A stretch of 64,000 bases of DNA. Origin: Octopus bimaculoides. Lineage: Eukaryota. The notes beneath the pieces were generated by a model. That model was not told where the DNA came from and did no database searches. It was given only the letters and a program-made list of their open reading frames with translations. The stretch covers positions 107,757,274-107,821,273 of the forward strand of contig NC_068987.1 in the NCBI RefSeq assembly GCF_001194135.2. The letters are read 5' to 3'. Below are positions 40,262 to 53,410 of this stretch, one piece after another (the stretch's first letter is position 1; each line of letters starts with the position of its first letter). Made by a program: the position numbers and the translations under genes.

Positions 40262-40845
40262 TTACCATAAGCACATGCCTGAAATTTTGAGAGAGGATAT
40301 TTCGATTACACACAACTGTGTTCAACCGGTACTTATTTTATCAACGCCGAAAGGACAAAAGACAAAGTCGACCCAGGCGACATTTCAACTCAGAACGTAA
40401 GGAAGGACGAAATTCCGCGAAGCTGACCATTCTGTCAGTTCACCGCCTTCATTAGTATTAAAAATAATCTCATGACTGGCTGCTGACGAATTTTTCCGCC
40501 ATATATGGATAGTTTATCCTGTTCATGCTATTGTATTAGCATTATCCTGTGTTTGCGAATAAATTATTTCTGTATCTTTCAATTGATCTCAACGCTTCTG
40601 AAGCAAACTTTGTTTACTTTCATCGTAAGTTGAATAATAATAGATGTTTGTAAAGTACTCACACAGTCTTAAGTTTTGAACGTAGTGGCTTGGTCGATTA
40701 TGTCGACCAACCTCATGACTGGTACTTAATGTTATCCATCTCAAAAGGATGGCAGTTCGAAGTGAACTTCAGTCGAATTTCAGCACAGAACGTGAAGAGG
40801 CGCAAACTATATCGCTAAATAATTATGCTCTACCGATTCTGTCAC
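40262..40845 (-). mobile_element. Two degenerate family D SINEs (40262-40450, 40670-40845)
   Basis: GGTACTTATTTTATCAACGCCGAAAGG..AAAGTCGACC and GGTACTTAATGTTATCCATCTCAAAAGGATGG..CAGAACGTGAAG. Confidence 0.75.
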
Positions 40846-40869
40846 CACAAAATTATAACGATATATAAA

Positions 40870-41900
40870 CCTCATTGATGTAGCGAACGTTTTGGCAGCC
40901 ACGTCTTGGAAAGCGAAAATGCCATCCTCTTTTCTTGAACGTAACATGGCTACAGTAAACACAACTCCATAGAGGGGCTACCCTTTGGCGATCGACATAT
41001 CCCACGACTTCCACAATGTTAAAGTCATTGATAATAAACTCCTCGATTTTGAAGTCTAAATTTTGATCAAAACTTTATGGTAATGTGCATTTTTCGCAGT
41101 GTTGCACAACTGATTACAAGGGTAGATAATATATAATAATGCAAAATATCAGTTTTTGATATTTCATTTTGAATGAAATATTGCATACAATAAAAGTGAT
41201 CTATGTAATCTCTTAAATCTCTATAAACGTTTGGGCTTAAATAATGAAGGATGATTCACTATTTATAATATCTGATGAATGTTTCGCCTACCAAGCGTTT
41301 GAGCAATTCTTCTGTTGATGAATTAAAACTGATAAAATATGTCATTGAATGCTTTTCAGTATCAACAGTGAGAAGCTCTCTTTTAATGAATGTAGCCTCA
41401 TATCGTGAGGAACGAGCTGAAGATAAGCTTCAAGTAATGTCACATTCAGCAATAGCAGATTGATGAGAAAAGCTTTTCAAAGCAATACATTGAAATTTAT
41501 ACACTTTAACGTGATGGCTGGTTTTGGCGTATCGCCTACTGATATTAGATTCAACGCTAAAGCCGTTTATAAGTAAATACCCCACAGCTTCATCTGTAAG
41601 AAATGAAAGCAATGAAACGAAGAAATAATGCTCCCTTTTTATCAATAGATATCACCTCCGTATCAAGGGGTGAATTGCTATGCTGCAGAAATATCTGGAA
41701 GACTAAAAAGAAAGTTAGCAGATGTCCATTGTATCTTACTACGTCAGCTACATCTTGAATGATGACCAAAAAAACAATTGATGTCTCATCAGTTATTCAT
41801 CGCCAGTGTGAGACACGCTCGTTGGAAATTTGTCACCATGACGATTAATGGTCAAGAAGAAAATAAACTGATGCACCATTATGCTAGATAGTTTGGCTGG
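40870..41900 (-). mobile_element. Degenerate hAT transposase relic
   Basis: ITDETS (DETS at 41779-41790; cf. DETTD/DETSD) is followed by VVRY.GH. A weak SLSS.RSSR (~41400) and FSLSKTWL (~40900, cf. FSALKRIKTWLR) occur in the expected N-to-C order. Confidence 0.45.
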
Positions 41901-42365
41901 CACTTCAGGCTTTTATATAAATACAAACACCTCGTGCAATTTATATCCTTTTTTTTATTTAACGAAAGCGTTTAAGGGACAGAAAACTGATCCTAGTTTG
42001 TGGCAAGGATGTTTGTGCAAGACAAGGAATGCGAAACAGGAAAACTAATCACTCGTAATACCTTAAGATGTCATCACCTGAAGAAGGGAAACATTTTCTT
42101 AACGTAGGTCTTGTCATTATTGCTGTTATTATTTTCAGATTTGGTATATTGATTCAGCTTTGTATACTAATTATGCAAATGAAATTCATTTTCCCTATAA
42201 ATCCATAATTAACAATTTATTAGCCTTTGAAATTTTAAAATTTGGGGATTTTAGCCAATCAGAAGCGAGTGTTTTACACGTCTCCGTGGCGAAAATGTCT
42301 GTTTCTATATTAACCAAAGATGCTGCGCATGCGCACAAGGAGGAAAAGGAGATACGAAAAGATAA

Positions 42366-42521
42366 TCTTATTACTATAATAATACTCTTGTGTTTTTCTC
42401 CGTTACAGCATATGAATGAGAAAGGAAAGAGTTACAGATGAATGAACAAAGTAACTGGTAGTGGGAGCGCTTGAACTCCGTGTCAGTATATGTGTGTGTG
42501 TGTGAAAGGGAGGTGTGTGAA

Positions 42522-42565
<44 letters not shown>

Positions 42566-42695
42566 TGTGTGCAATGGAAGTGGGATGGTGAACATTCAAC
42601 GCTGAAAACGAAAAATCAGCATTTTAGCTCTGTGTTAGGATATGCGTGTATGGGTATGCGTTTACAAGGGAAATAGCAATGTTTTGACATGTAAG
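42366..42695 (+). mobile_element. Second copy of the 35.3-kb Helitron (3' part runs into gap)
   Basis: TACTATAATAATACTCTTGTGTTTTTCTCCGTTACAGCATATGAATGAGAAAGGAA and CAATGGAAGTGGGATGGTGAACATTCAACG are shared with 35343-35740. Confidence 0.85.
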
Positions 42696-43639
42696 NNNNN
42701 NNNNNNNNNNNNNNNNNNNNNNNNNNNNNNNNNNNNNNNNNNNNNNNNNNNNNNNNNNNNNNNNNNNNNNNNNNNNNNNNNNNNNNNNNNNNNNNNNNNN
42801 NNNNNNNNNNNNNNNNNNNNNNNNNNNNNNNNNNNNNNNNNNNNNNNNNNNNNNNNNNNNNNNNNNNNNNNNNNNNNNNNNNNNNNNNNNNNNNNNNNNN
42901 NNNNNNNNNNNNNNNNNNNNNNNNNNNNNNNNNNNNNNNNNNNNNNNNNNNNNNNNNNNNNNNNNNNNNNNNNNNNNNNNNNNNNNNNNNNNNNNNNNNN
43001 NNNNNNNNNNNNNNNNNNNNNNNNNNNNNNNNNNNNNNNNNNNNNNNNNNNNNNNNNNNNNNNNNNNNNNNNNNNNNNNNNNNNNNNNNNNNNNNNNNNN
43101 NNNNNNNNNNNNNNNNNNNNNNNNNNNNNNNNNNNNNNNNNNNNNNNNNNNNNNNNNNNNNNNNNNNNNNNNNNNNNNNNNNNNNNNNNNNNNNNNNNNN
43201 NNNNNNNNNNNNNNNNNNNNNNNNNNNNNNNNNNNNNNNNNNNNNNNNNNNNNNNNNNNNNNNNNNNNNNNNNNNNNNNNNNNNNNNNNNNNNNNNNNNN
43301 NNNNNNNNNNNNNNNNNNNNNNNNNNNNNNNNNNNNNNNNNNNNNNNNNNNNNNNNNNNNNNNNNNNNNNNNNNNNNNNNNNNNNNNNNNNNNNNNNNNN
43401 NNNNNNNNNNNNNNNNNNNNNNNNNNNNNNNNNNNNNNNNNNNNNNNNNNNNNNNNNNNNNNNNNNNNNNNNNNNNNNNNNNNNNNNNNNNNNNNNNNNN
43501 NNNNNNNNNNNNNNNNNNNNNNNNNNNNNNNNNNNNNNNNNNNNNNNNNNNNNNNNNNNNNNNNNNNNNNNNNNNNNNNNNNNNNNNNNNNNNNNNNNNN
43601 NNNNNNNNNNNNNNNNNNNNNNNNNNNNNNNNNNNNNNN

Positions 43640-43703
<64 letters not shown>

Positions 43704-43906
43704 CACATACATGCATATATATATACACCCACGCACATACTAAGATATATACACTACTGTAAATCATATAATTAGCTTTGGTTAGGACACAAGCTATACT
43801 TATTTGTAAATGAAGACTAGGTTCACTAGTCTAATGCTTGAGAACTACTCACAAACTCATATGATAATGATAATATCTGATGCGATATCCATACTGTAAT
43901 ACAGTG

Positions 43907-43981
<75 letters not shown>

Positions 43982-44794
43982 NNNNNNNNNNNNNNNNNNN
44001 NNNNNNNNNNNNNNNNNNNNNNNNNNNNNNNNNNNNNNNNNNNNNNNNNNNNNNNNNNNNNNNNNNNNNNNNNNNNNNNNNNNNNNNNNNNNNNNNNNNN
44101 NNNNNNNNNNNNNNNNNNNNNNNNNNNNNNNNNNNNNNNNNNNNNNNNNNNNNNNNNNNNNNNNNNNNNNNNNNNNNNNNNNNNNNNNNNNNNNNNNNNN
44201 NNNNNNNNNNNNNNNNNNNNNNNNNNNNNNNNNNNNNNNNNNNNNNNNNNNNNNNNNNNNNNNNNNNNNNNNNNNNNNNNNNNNNNNNNNNNNNNNNNNN
44301 NNNNNNNNNNNNNNNNNNNNNNNNNNNNNNNNNNNNNNNNNNNNNNNNNNNNNNNNNNNNNNNNNNNNNNNNNNNNNNNNNNNNNNNNNNNNNNNNNNNN
44401 NNNNNNNNNNNNNNNNNNNNNNNNNNNNNNNNNNNNNNNNNNNNNNNNNNNNNNNNNNNNNNNNNNNNNNNNNNNNNNNNNNNNNNNNNNNNNNNNNNNN
44501 NNNNNNNNNNNNNNNNNNNNNNNNNNNNNNNNNNNNNNNNNNNNNNNNNNNNNNNNNNNNNNNNNNNNNNNNNNNNNNNNNNNNNNNNNNNNNNNNNNNN
44601 NNNNNNNNNNNNNNNNNNNNNNNNNNNNNNNNNNNNNNNNNNNNNNNNNNNNNNNNNNNNNNNNNNNNNNNNNNNNNNNNNNNNNNNNNNNNNNNNNNNN
44701 NNNNNNNNNNNNNNNNNNNNNNNNNNNNNNNNNNNNNNNNNNNNNNNNNNNNNNNNNNNNNNNNNNNNNNNNNNNNNNNNNNNNNNNNNNNNNN

Positions 44795-44853
<59 letters not shown>

Positions 44854-44865
44854 ATGTGTGTATGT

Positions 44866-45035
44866 AGGTGCAGGCGTAGATATATGGTCAGAAGCTTGCT
44901 TCCCAACCACCTGGTCTCGGTTTCAGTTCCACTGCCTGGTGTCTTGAGCAAGCGTCTTCTACTCTAGCTTCGGGCCAACCAAAGCTTTGTAGATGGAATT
45001 GATAGACGGAAGCTGAAAGGAGCCCGTCGTATATA
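44866..45035 (+). mobile_element. Family B SINE 5' half
   Basis: AGGTGCAGG..GGTTTCAGTTCC..TTGAGCAAGCGTCTTCTACT..GAAGCTGAAAGGAGCCCGTCG. Confidence 0.85.
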
Positions 45036-47066
45036 TATTTATATACACACATACACATACATACATATATATGATTCTTTCTGTATTCATGATTGTATAC
45101 ACACTCGTGTGTATGGTTGGTTGTATACTGTTGGGTGTGTTTGTGTAGTAAAATTGCTAACAAATAAGAGGTCCTTATGAAGGTTCTTGCAAAAGTTTCC
45201 TGAATGTGTCTTTATGCTATTCAGTCAACGTCATGACTAACTCCGTAAAATATTGTGGTTGAGTATATCTCGGACTCATATAGTGTAACCTAACACGTCG
45301 GTGGAATGTCTGTGAAAGATTGTGTAATAAGGATCATTCTTTTAATTGGAATTACCGTCCGTATGGCTGGTTTCAACACGATTTTTGACTTCTAAAATAT
45401 TTCATCCGAAAAGCCGTGGATGTTCTCGACGCGTAGTTAAATTAATCATGGAACCGAACGAATGATTCGCCAGAAAGGCATGTAAACCATTCGACTTACA
45501 ATAAATATGTACACACATTGATTTAAAACGTTGGCTCAAGGCCAATAATTTCGGAGAAAGGCGTACGTCTATTCTACTGACCCCAGTGCAAAATCAACTT
45601 CGGCGGAGTTTGAACTCAGACCATAAAGACGGACGTAATATGTAAATGCACAGCTATAAATTTTAAGACGGACGGTTTGAGAGGGAGTGCGGGGAGGCAC
45701 AGAGGGACAGAGACAGACAGATAGACGCAGAGACAGAAAAAGAGAGAGACAGAGACAGAAACAGAGAGAGGGGGAGAGTGAGAGAATGGAAAATGGCGTA
45801 TTCACATCAATGAATGGGAACATAGACAGGCTTACACAAACACGCATTAATAAACACATGCACGCATTAATACGCACGCACACACACGCGCTTTGCTACT
45901 CACGCACACGCACACGCACTTGCACGGAAACGTACAGATGCGAGATTGGTAGCTAAGCGACGGCGAATGAGAGATAAATAGAGGAGGGGAAAGCCGAGAG
46001 AAATGAGAGAATGATAGAGAGAAGCATAAAGTTAAACGACTGAAGTATGTGGGGGGGAGCAGGAGGGGAGTTGTTACGGTGTTAAATAAACATCTAAATA
46101 AATAGCTAACTCTAACCTTCAACATCGGATGTAAATGTGTAGACATTCTGACACACATGCTTATACGCAAGCATAAACAGACACATACACATACATGCCC
46201 GGACACACAGACATACAGAGAGGGAGAGAGGGAGAAGAAGAGAGAGGGAGGGAGAAAGAGAAAGGGAACGGAACGGAACGGATGTTTACATAGTCATATT
46301 TAATCATATATACACACACACACCCTCTAACACGTACGTATATCTATAAATGTTCAAGCGTGTCTATTTATACACATACAAATACATACACACACTCATA
46401 CATACACACACGTGTATATACATGTATGTATGTATGTATGTATTTTGTGCGTACGTACGTATGTATGTATTTTTGTGCGTACGTACGTATGTATGTACGT
46501 GCGTATGTATGTATGTATGTATGTATGTATCTATGTAAATATTGGTTTGAAATTTTGGCACATGGAGCCTCAGTACTCAACTGATGTTTATTTTACACAC
46601 CTCGAGAGAATAAAAATCAAAGTCGACCTTAGCTGAATTTGAAATACTGCTAAACATTTTGCCCGTTGTGACACATACACGGATATAACGTATGTATNNN
46701 NNNNNNNNNNNNNNNNNNNNNNNNNNNNNNNNNNNNNNNNNNNNNNNNNNNNNNNNNNNNNNNNNNNNNNNNNNNNNNNNNNNNNNNNNNNNNNNNNNNN
46801 NNNNNNNNNNNNNNNNNNNNNNNNNNNNNNNNNNNNNNNNNNNNNNNNNNNNNNNNNNNNNNNNNNNNNNNNNNNNNNNNNNNNNNNNNNNNNNNNNNNN
46901 NNNNNNNNNNNNNNNNNNNNNNNNNNNNNNNNNNNNNNNNNNNNNNNNNNNNNNNNNNNNNNNNNNNNNNNNNATATATATATATATATATAGGCTCAGA
47001 AATGGCTGTTTCGCAAGAAATTTTTCTTCCAACCACGTTCGATTAAAATGACACACACATATATTA

Positions 47067-47561
47067 CTTACTGTTAATAAAGCCCGGATGTGTTGTGTTC
47101 CGTTACTTAATAAATTTTGTTTAATGTATTTTAAGTATACAAGGATTGGGTAAACAAGCATTCAACGTATATTGAGTGTAGAACCGGACAGGAGACAGAC
47201 ACAGAAGGTCTCTAATTCTTTATCAGTTATCAACCAGATGGTTTGACTCAGTTTCGCATCTTCGATGATAAGACTGGATACTTCCTATGCTGCGGTGACC
47301 GCGAAAGTTGCGGAGAATAAAGGGCCGAGAGCAAACAAAACAATTCAGAGTGGTCATGCGAAATTGAATATATGTAATTTAAGACGATGGACAAAGACGA
47401 AACAAACAAGAAATGAGCAAAATATAACCTCAGGGCCAAAAAGACAAGAACGGTGGCTAACACTCAGAATGCTCCTGAATGTTTAGAAAACAACAGATAG
47501 CAAGACTGTGGGAGACTGAGAATCTAGGACCGGTCCCCTACGCAACCGGTTTGAAAAACAG
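47067..47561 (+). mobile_element. Helitron-like non-autonomous element, second family, copy 1
   Basis: The 5' end is TACTGTTAATAAAG. The 3' end ACCGGT-CCCCTACGCA-ACCGGT-TTGAAAAAC-AG resembles a hairpin plus degenerate CTAG. 47068-47386 aligns with 47787-48096. Confidence 0.55.
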
Positions 47562-47785
47562 AGAGAAGAAGGGCTGGTCACGGGTCAAGTGTCAGCAGCA
47601 AGCAGAAGAAAAAGAGGGCAAGGGCGAGGGAGAGAGAGAGAGAGCGAGAGAAAGAAAACAAGAGAAGTAATGGAGGGTGAAAAAGGAGAAATGAGAAAGG
47701 CTAGAAATAGAAGTAAAATGGCGAGAGAGAGAGAAAAAAGGAGAAAGAGTGAAGGCTAGAAATAGAGTCGTACGAATATATAAAA

Positions 47786-48096
47786 CCTACTGTTAATAAA
47801 AGCCGGGATGCGTTGCGTTCCGTTACTTAATAAATGAAAAAAATGTTTTGTAAATAAACAACGACAGGGGAAACACGCTTACAACATATACTTAGTGTAC
47901 AACCGGACGGGAGACTGATACAGAAGGTCCCTAATTCTTCATCAGTTATCAGTCAGTTATCATTGCACTTTCAATGATAAGACTTAGAGTTTCCCATTCT
48001 GGCGGAACCCGCGAAAGTTGCGGAGATTATTGGGCCGAGAGCAAACAAAACAATACAGAGTGAGCATACGAAAGTGAATAACTGTAATTGAAGACG
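47786..48096 (+). mobile_element. Helitron-like element, second family, copy 2 (3' end not seen)
   Basis: It shares CTACTGTTAATAAA(A)GCC.GGATG, TTCCGTTACTTAATAAA, ACAGAAGGTC.CTAATTCTT.ATCAGTTATCA and CCGCGAAAGTTGCGGAGA..GGGCCGAGAGCAAACAAAACAAT with copy 1. Confidence 0.7.
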
Positions 48097-48381
48097 TTAC
48101 ATATGTGTGTGTTTGTGTGTGGGGGGGCGTGTGTGTATGATTGGACTTTTTTCCCCGTCTGGACCGCTCCTCTGTAGTCTTTCTGACAAACAGCCATACT
48201 CGAAACGTTATACACTCAATTTTTTTTCCATCTTATACTGAGTTTCAATCTAATATATTCCATGTGTTTCCGTCCTTTTGACTCTTGTTGTTTTGTTATT
48301 TGTTATTTTTAATTTACGATTNNNNNNNNNNNNNNNNNNNNNNNNNNNNNNNNNNNNNNNNNNNNNNNNNNNNNNNNNNNN

Positions 48382-48433
<52 letters not shown>

Positions 48434-50304
48434 TATGTGTGTGTGTATATACATTTATAAATCATACATGTAATATGTAATGACATGGGCCATAAATTGT
48501 TGCTGAAATGAGTTGATGGTTAATATTGGTTCCAAAATTTGGCACAAGGCTAACCATTTCTGGAAGGGAGAAATCGATTACATCGATCTCAAATCTCAAC
48601 TGGTACTTATTTTATCGACCCCGAAAGGATGAAAGGCATAGCTCACAGTTAATATTCTCAGAGGCACATCATTTGTTCATGGATATGTAGCCCTAGCCCA
48701 TCACGCTCCCTCTCCTTTTGCTTTACACCCCAGTTTTTTCTTTTCCTCTTTTATCTCTATTTTTTTGTTTCTTTGTATTTAAATGTTATAAAGAACATTA
48801 ATATTTAAAAAGAAAGAAGTGAAACAAGAACAACGGCATTACACAGTGTCAACTGTTGTTCAAATAAGTGGGCGTGTGCATAAACCCTCACGCACATATT
48901 TATGCTTATAATCATACACATAACGGACAAGGTTACTAACAACTTATACATGACCAATTTCATGCTTCTGAAAATTTAGTACATGCGTCTTTTATGGTAG
49001 CTGCAGGTCGCTCGAAGCTTTGTTTATTGGGTTCATCAAAAGAGTATAGAAGCCTATAGCATGTGCCTGTAATTCAACGAATTTAGTCTTTTAGAGGATT
49101 CTGTCCAGAGATAAATATATTTATAGTTCGTCTCTTTGTGAACATTCAATCGTTTGTACTTATATTTTAAGAGATGGTTGTTTAGTAGTTCGAAAACCCT
49201 TGCTATTTATAGTGGAAACCGATCGAGTCTCCTAATACTGACTGCCAATGCATCTATGTGCGTAAATTAGTGTATATGTATAGCTTTTACTTGTTTCACT
49301 CTTGAAATATGTTAGTGGAAGAAGCTAGTATTTATTCTATCAGTCACTTTGACCGAACCGCAACTTTAAGAGGACATAAACAGAACGACAGCGATTGACA
49401 AACCGTTGTGGGAGACAAACTCAGACGCAAACATACTAACGCACGCGCACACACAAGATAACACACACACATGGACACACGCATTCATAAATATCTATCT
49501 ATCTGTATGTTTGTATGTATGTATGTATGCATGTGCATCTTAATGTATATATGTATGTATTCATGACTGTATGCCTTAATCCTAAATTTTATTTAAGAAT
49601 TTTGGGGAGCAACTGACTTGGAAGACTTCTATTGTCGTTCAATGTTCGAAATGAGGAATTGATAGACAGCTGACAACTGATGAAGGGTCCTCTCTCTGTT
49701 TACTTATTCTGTTTTCCATATTTTTTTCTCCTTGTTTCTTTTTTGTTGTTTACGTATTTCACTCGTCTTTCTCCCGTTTGTTTACGTATTTCATGTTATT
49801 TGCACCGTTGGTAACGTCCCTACTCATATATGCATGAATAGATATATATATATTAATTATTATTTATGCATGTATGTATACATGTATGTATGTATTTATG
49901 TATGTATTTATGTATATATCTATCTATTCATGTATGTATGCATGTATGTATATATGTATGTACAAACATACACACCGATGTATATATCTGTCTATATATC
50001 TATTATGTATACGTATGTCTGTGCGCATGTGTGTCAGTACATAAATTGTAAGCTTATATTTATTGTTTATGTCGTCGCTAATTTGAATAAAAGAAATTTA
50101 TCAATAAAGGTGCTTAATTAATAAATGAATACTTGAAAATCAATTATAGCTACAATAACAAGCACATATTTGAAAGAAATAAAACGAACTGACGACCGTC
50201 AAATATGTCAAACAAAACAGATATAAATAGCAAATTCTGGGTGTAAGTTTGTTTCGTTATTATGCGATGAATTTTTAACAAGCGGAAACGATTATTAACA
50301 TTTC

Positions 50305-50787
50305 TACTATGAGCACAGCCTGAAATGTGAGGGGAGGGAGATAGCTGATTACAGTGACTCCTATACTGAACTGCTATTATCGACCTCGAAAAAATGGAAG
50401 GCAAAGTCGACTTATGCGGAATTTGAAATTAAAATATAAAGGAAGACGAAAGCTGCTCACCACTTCGTCCGGCGTGCTAACCTTAATAACCTTAATAACT
50501 GAAACGATAATAATAATAATAATAAATAATGATAATAATAATAATATTAATGATGATGATGATAACGCCTTTTACAGAAGGCACAAGACCTGAAATTTGT
50601 GGGGAGGGGACTAGTCGATTACTTCGACCCCAGTGATTCGCTGGTACTTAATTTATCGACCCCGAAAGGTTGAAAGGCAAAGTCGACCTCAGCGGAATTC
50701 GAACTCAGAACCTAGTGACGATCGAAATACTGCTTAACATTTCGTCCAGCGTGCTAACGATTCTCCCAGTTCGCCGCGTTAAACAAC

Positions 50788-50862
<75 letters not shown>
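50305..50862 (-). mobile_element. Two family D SINEs (50305-50480, 50575-50780) embedded in (AAT)n tracts
   Basis: ATTTATCGACCCCGAAAGGTTGAAAGGCAAAGTCGACCTCAGCGGAATTCGAACTCAGAACC, flanked by AAT repeats. Confidence 0.92.
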
Positions 50863-50867
<5 letters not shown>

Positions 50868-51006
50868 TGGTAAAGCAATAATAATAGTCTATGTATATGT
50901 ACATAAGTATATACTTCTGACACTGTGTGTGTGAATGTGTTTGTGTGTATGTGTGTGTGTGAATGTGTTTGTTTGTATGTGTGTGTGTGTATGTGTGTTT
51001 ATTTGT

Positions 51007-51185
51007 AGGCGAACGCGTGGCTGTGAGATTTACTTCCCAAACATGTGAGCCTTGGGGTCAGTACCCCAGCGTTGTACCTTCGTCAAGTGTCCTCCACTAT
51101 AGCCCCGAGTCGACCAAGTCCTTGTGGCTAGACTTGGTAGAGGGAAACGGAAAGAATCCTATCCTGTTGCATGTCTTTGTGTTTG
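51007..51185 (+). mobile_element. Degenerate family B SINE 5' half
   Basis: CGTGGCTGTG..TTTACTTCCCAAAC..CAAGTGTCCTCCACTATAGCCCCGAG.CGACCAAG.CCTTGTG. Confidence 0.7.
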
Positions 51186-52072
51186 TTTTATACGATTGTT
51201 TGAGAACCGATATTGGTCTAATTTCCTATAATTTACTGCTTCGAAAGAAAGATCATAATTGAATAATTACTCAAAGGAGGAGTTGTTTGACCAAATCCGT
51301 CAAAGAGGGGGTCAGCGTGGGCATGTGGTTACCTGCGCGCGCGCATGTGTGTGTAAGAATGTATGTCTGTAAATGTATATACGAGCATATGTATCATTAA
51401 GTCACCATGCGAACAGAGAAACGAGCACTGAACAAATCCATTACATCTGTGTACATATCTTGCCAAATTTTGTCATAGTAAGGCTCTTGAAAACATTTGC
51501 AGTTTAAAGGAAATATATATATANNNNNNNNNNNNNNNNNNNNNNNNNNNNNNNNNNNNNNNNNNNNNNNNNNNNNNNNNNNNNNNNNNNNNNNNNNNNN
51601 NNNNNNNNNNNNNNNNNNNNNNNNNNNNNNNNNNNNNNNNNNNNNNNNNNNNNNNNNNNNNNNNNNNNNNNNNNNNNNNNNNNNNNNNNNNNNNNNNNNN
51701 NNNNNNNNNNNNNNNNNNNNNNNNNNNNNNNNNNNNNNNNNNNNNNNNNNNNNNNNNNNNNNNNNNNNNNNNNNNNNNNNNNNNNNNNNNNNNNNNNNNN
51801 NNNNNNNNNNNNNNNNNNNNNNNNNNNNNNNNNNNNNNNNNNNNNNNNNNNNNNNNNNNNNNNNNNNNNNNNNNNNNNNNNNNNNNNNNNNNNNNNNNNN
51901 NNNNNNNNNNNNNNNNNNNNNNNNNNNNNNNNNNNNNNNNNNNNNNNNNNNNNNNNNNNNNNNNNNNNNNNNNNNNNNNNNNNNNNNNNNNNNNNNNNNN
52001 NNNNNNNNNNNNNNNNNNNNNNNNNNNNNNNNNNNNNNNNNNNNNNNNNNNNNNNNNNNNNNNNNNNNNNNN

Positions 52073-52139
<67 letters not shown>

Positions 52140-52699
52140 ATATATAGTAATAAATAAATAGATGGATAGATAGATAGATAGATAGATAGAGAATTAGCTA
52201 TATGTAAGCCTAACTACACACATACGTACGTGCCTGCAAATGCTCGTAGGTACATATGTGCGTTTGTCAGTATGTATGTATGTGTGCGTTTGTGCATCTG
52301 TGCGTGTGGGTGCGTGTGTGCGTGCATGCGAGCGTGCGTGCGTGAGTGCGTGCGTGCGTGCGTGCGTATTAAGTTACATGTACCATTCACAAGATCGGCA
52401 AATAATACTCCGTCATATGTCACGTGACTTTCTGTACTAACATCATTAATATACAGTGTTTATAGATACGAACATAAACAATCCCTCATAGCAGCCTTTC
52501 ACGTTGCTTCTCAAGCATATGTTGAACTTAACACATATGGTTTCATTTAAACCTCATGTCAGACGGACAGCGTCTGATGGTGGAGGGATACGGGGAGGTG
52601 GGTTTGATGGGTATGTAGGATGCTCTCGCTCGCAGGAATTGTAGACGTGTTGACTATAATAGTGAAGAAGTTGTGGTGGGGGCGATGGTGATGGTGATG

Positions 52700-53410
52700 T
52701 CTCTGAAGATGGCGGTTAGGTTGATGGTGGTACTGTTGGAGGTGGTGAGACTGTTCTAACGATGATAAGGATTGTTGTTGTTGTTGTTGTGGTAGTGGTA
52801 GTGGTGGTAGTGGTGGTGTTGGTGGTTGTGATGGTGGTGGTGGTGGTGCTGCTGCTGCTGCTGCTGCTGGTAGANNNNNNNNNNNNNNNNNNNNNNNNNN
52901 NNNNNNNNNNNNNNNNNNNNNNNNNNNNNNNNNNNNNNNNNNNNNNNNNNNNNNNNNNNNNNNNNNNNNNNNNNNNNNNNNNNNNNNNNNNNNNNNNNNN
53001 NNNNNNNNNNNNNNNNNNNNNNNNNNNNNNNNNNNNNNNNNNNNNNNNNNNNNNNNNNNNNNNNNNNNNNNNNNNNNNNNNNNNNNNNNNNNNNNNNNNN
53101 NNNNNNNNNNNNNNNNNNNNNNNNNNNNNNNNNNNNNNNNNNNNNNNNNNNNNNNNNNNNNNNNNNNNATGTTCGTGATGGTGGTGATGACGATAATGGT
53201 GTTGATGGTGGTAGTGTTCATTGTTGTTGTGGCAGTAGTCGTGACGGTGGTGGTAGTAGTAGTAGTAGTAGTGGTGGTGGTGGTGGTGGTGCTGGTGGTG
53301 CTGGTGCTGGTGCTGGTGGTGTTAGTGGTGGTGGTGGTGGTGTTGGTGGTTTTAGTAGTAGTAGTTGTGGTGGTGGTGGTGGTGGTAGTAGTAGTAGTAG
53401 TTGTAGGTAT
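52700..53410. repeat. (GGT/GTA/GTT/GCT)n trinucleotide mosaic spanning a gap
   Basis: Direct observation. It explains the poly-V, poly-P and poly-T ORFs. Confidence 0.95.

Larger units (their letters stand above)
45520..48640 (-). mobile_element. Three partial family D SINEs (45520-45640, 46540-46670, 48525-48640)
   Basis: Each contains parts of GACCCCAGT, CAACTGGTACTTATTTTATCGACCCCGAAAGG and AAAGTCGACC..GAATTTGAACTCAGA. The span also holds unrelated sequence. Confidence 0.75.

Noticed and set aside
41181-41201. TTGCATACAATAAAAGTGATC resembles miR-153
   Set aside because: The middle differs from the conserved mature sequence and no complementary 5' arm is present.
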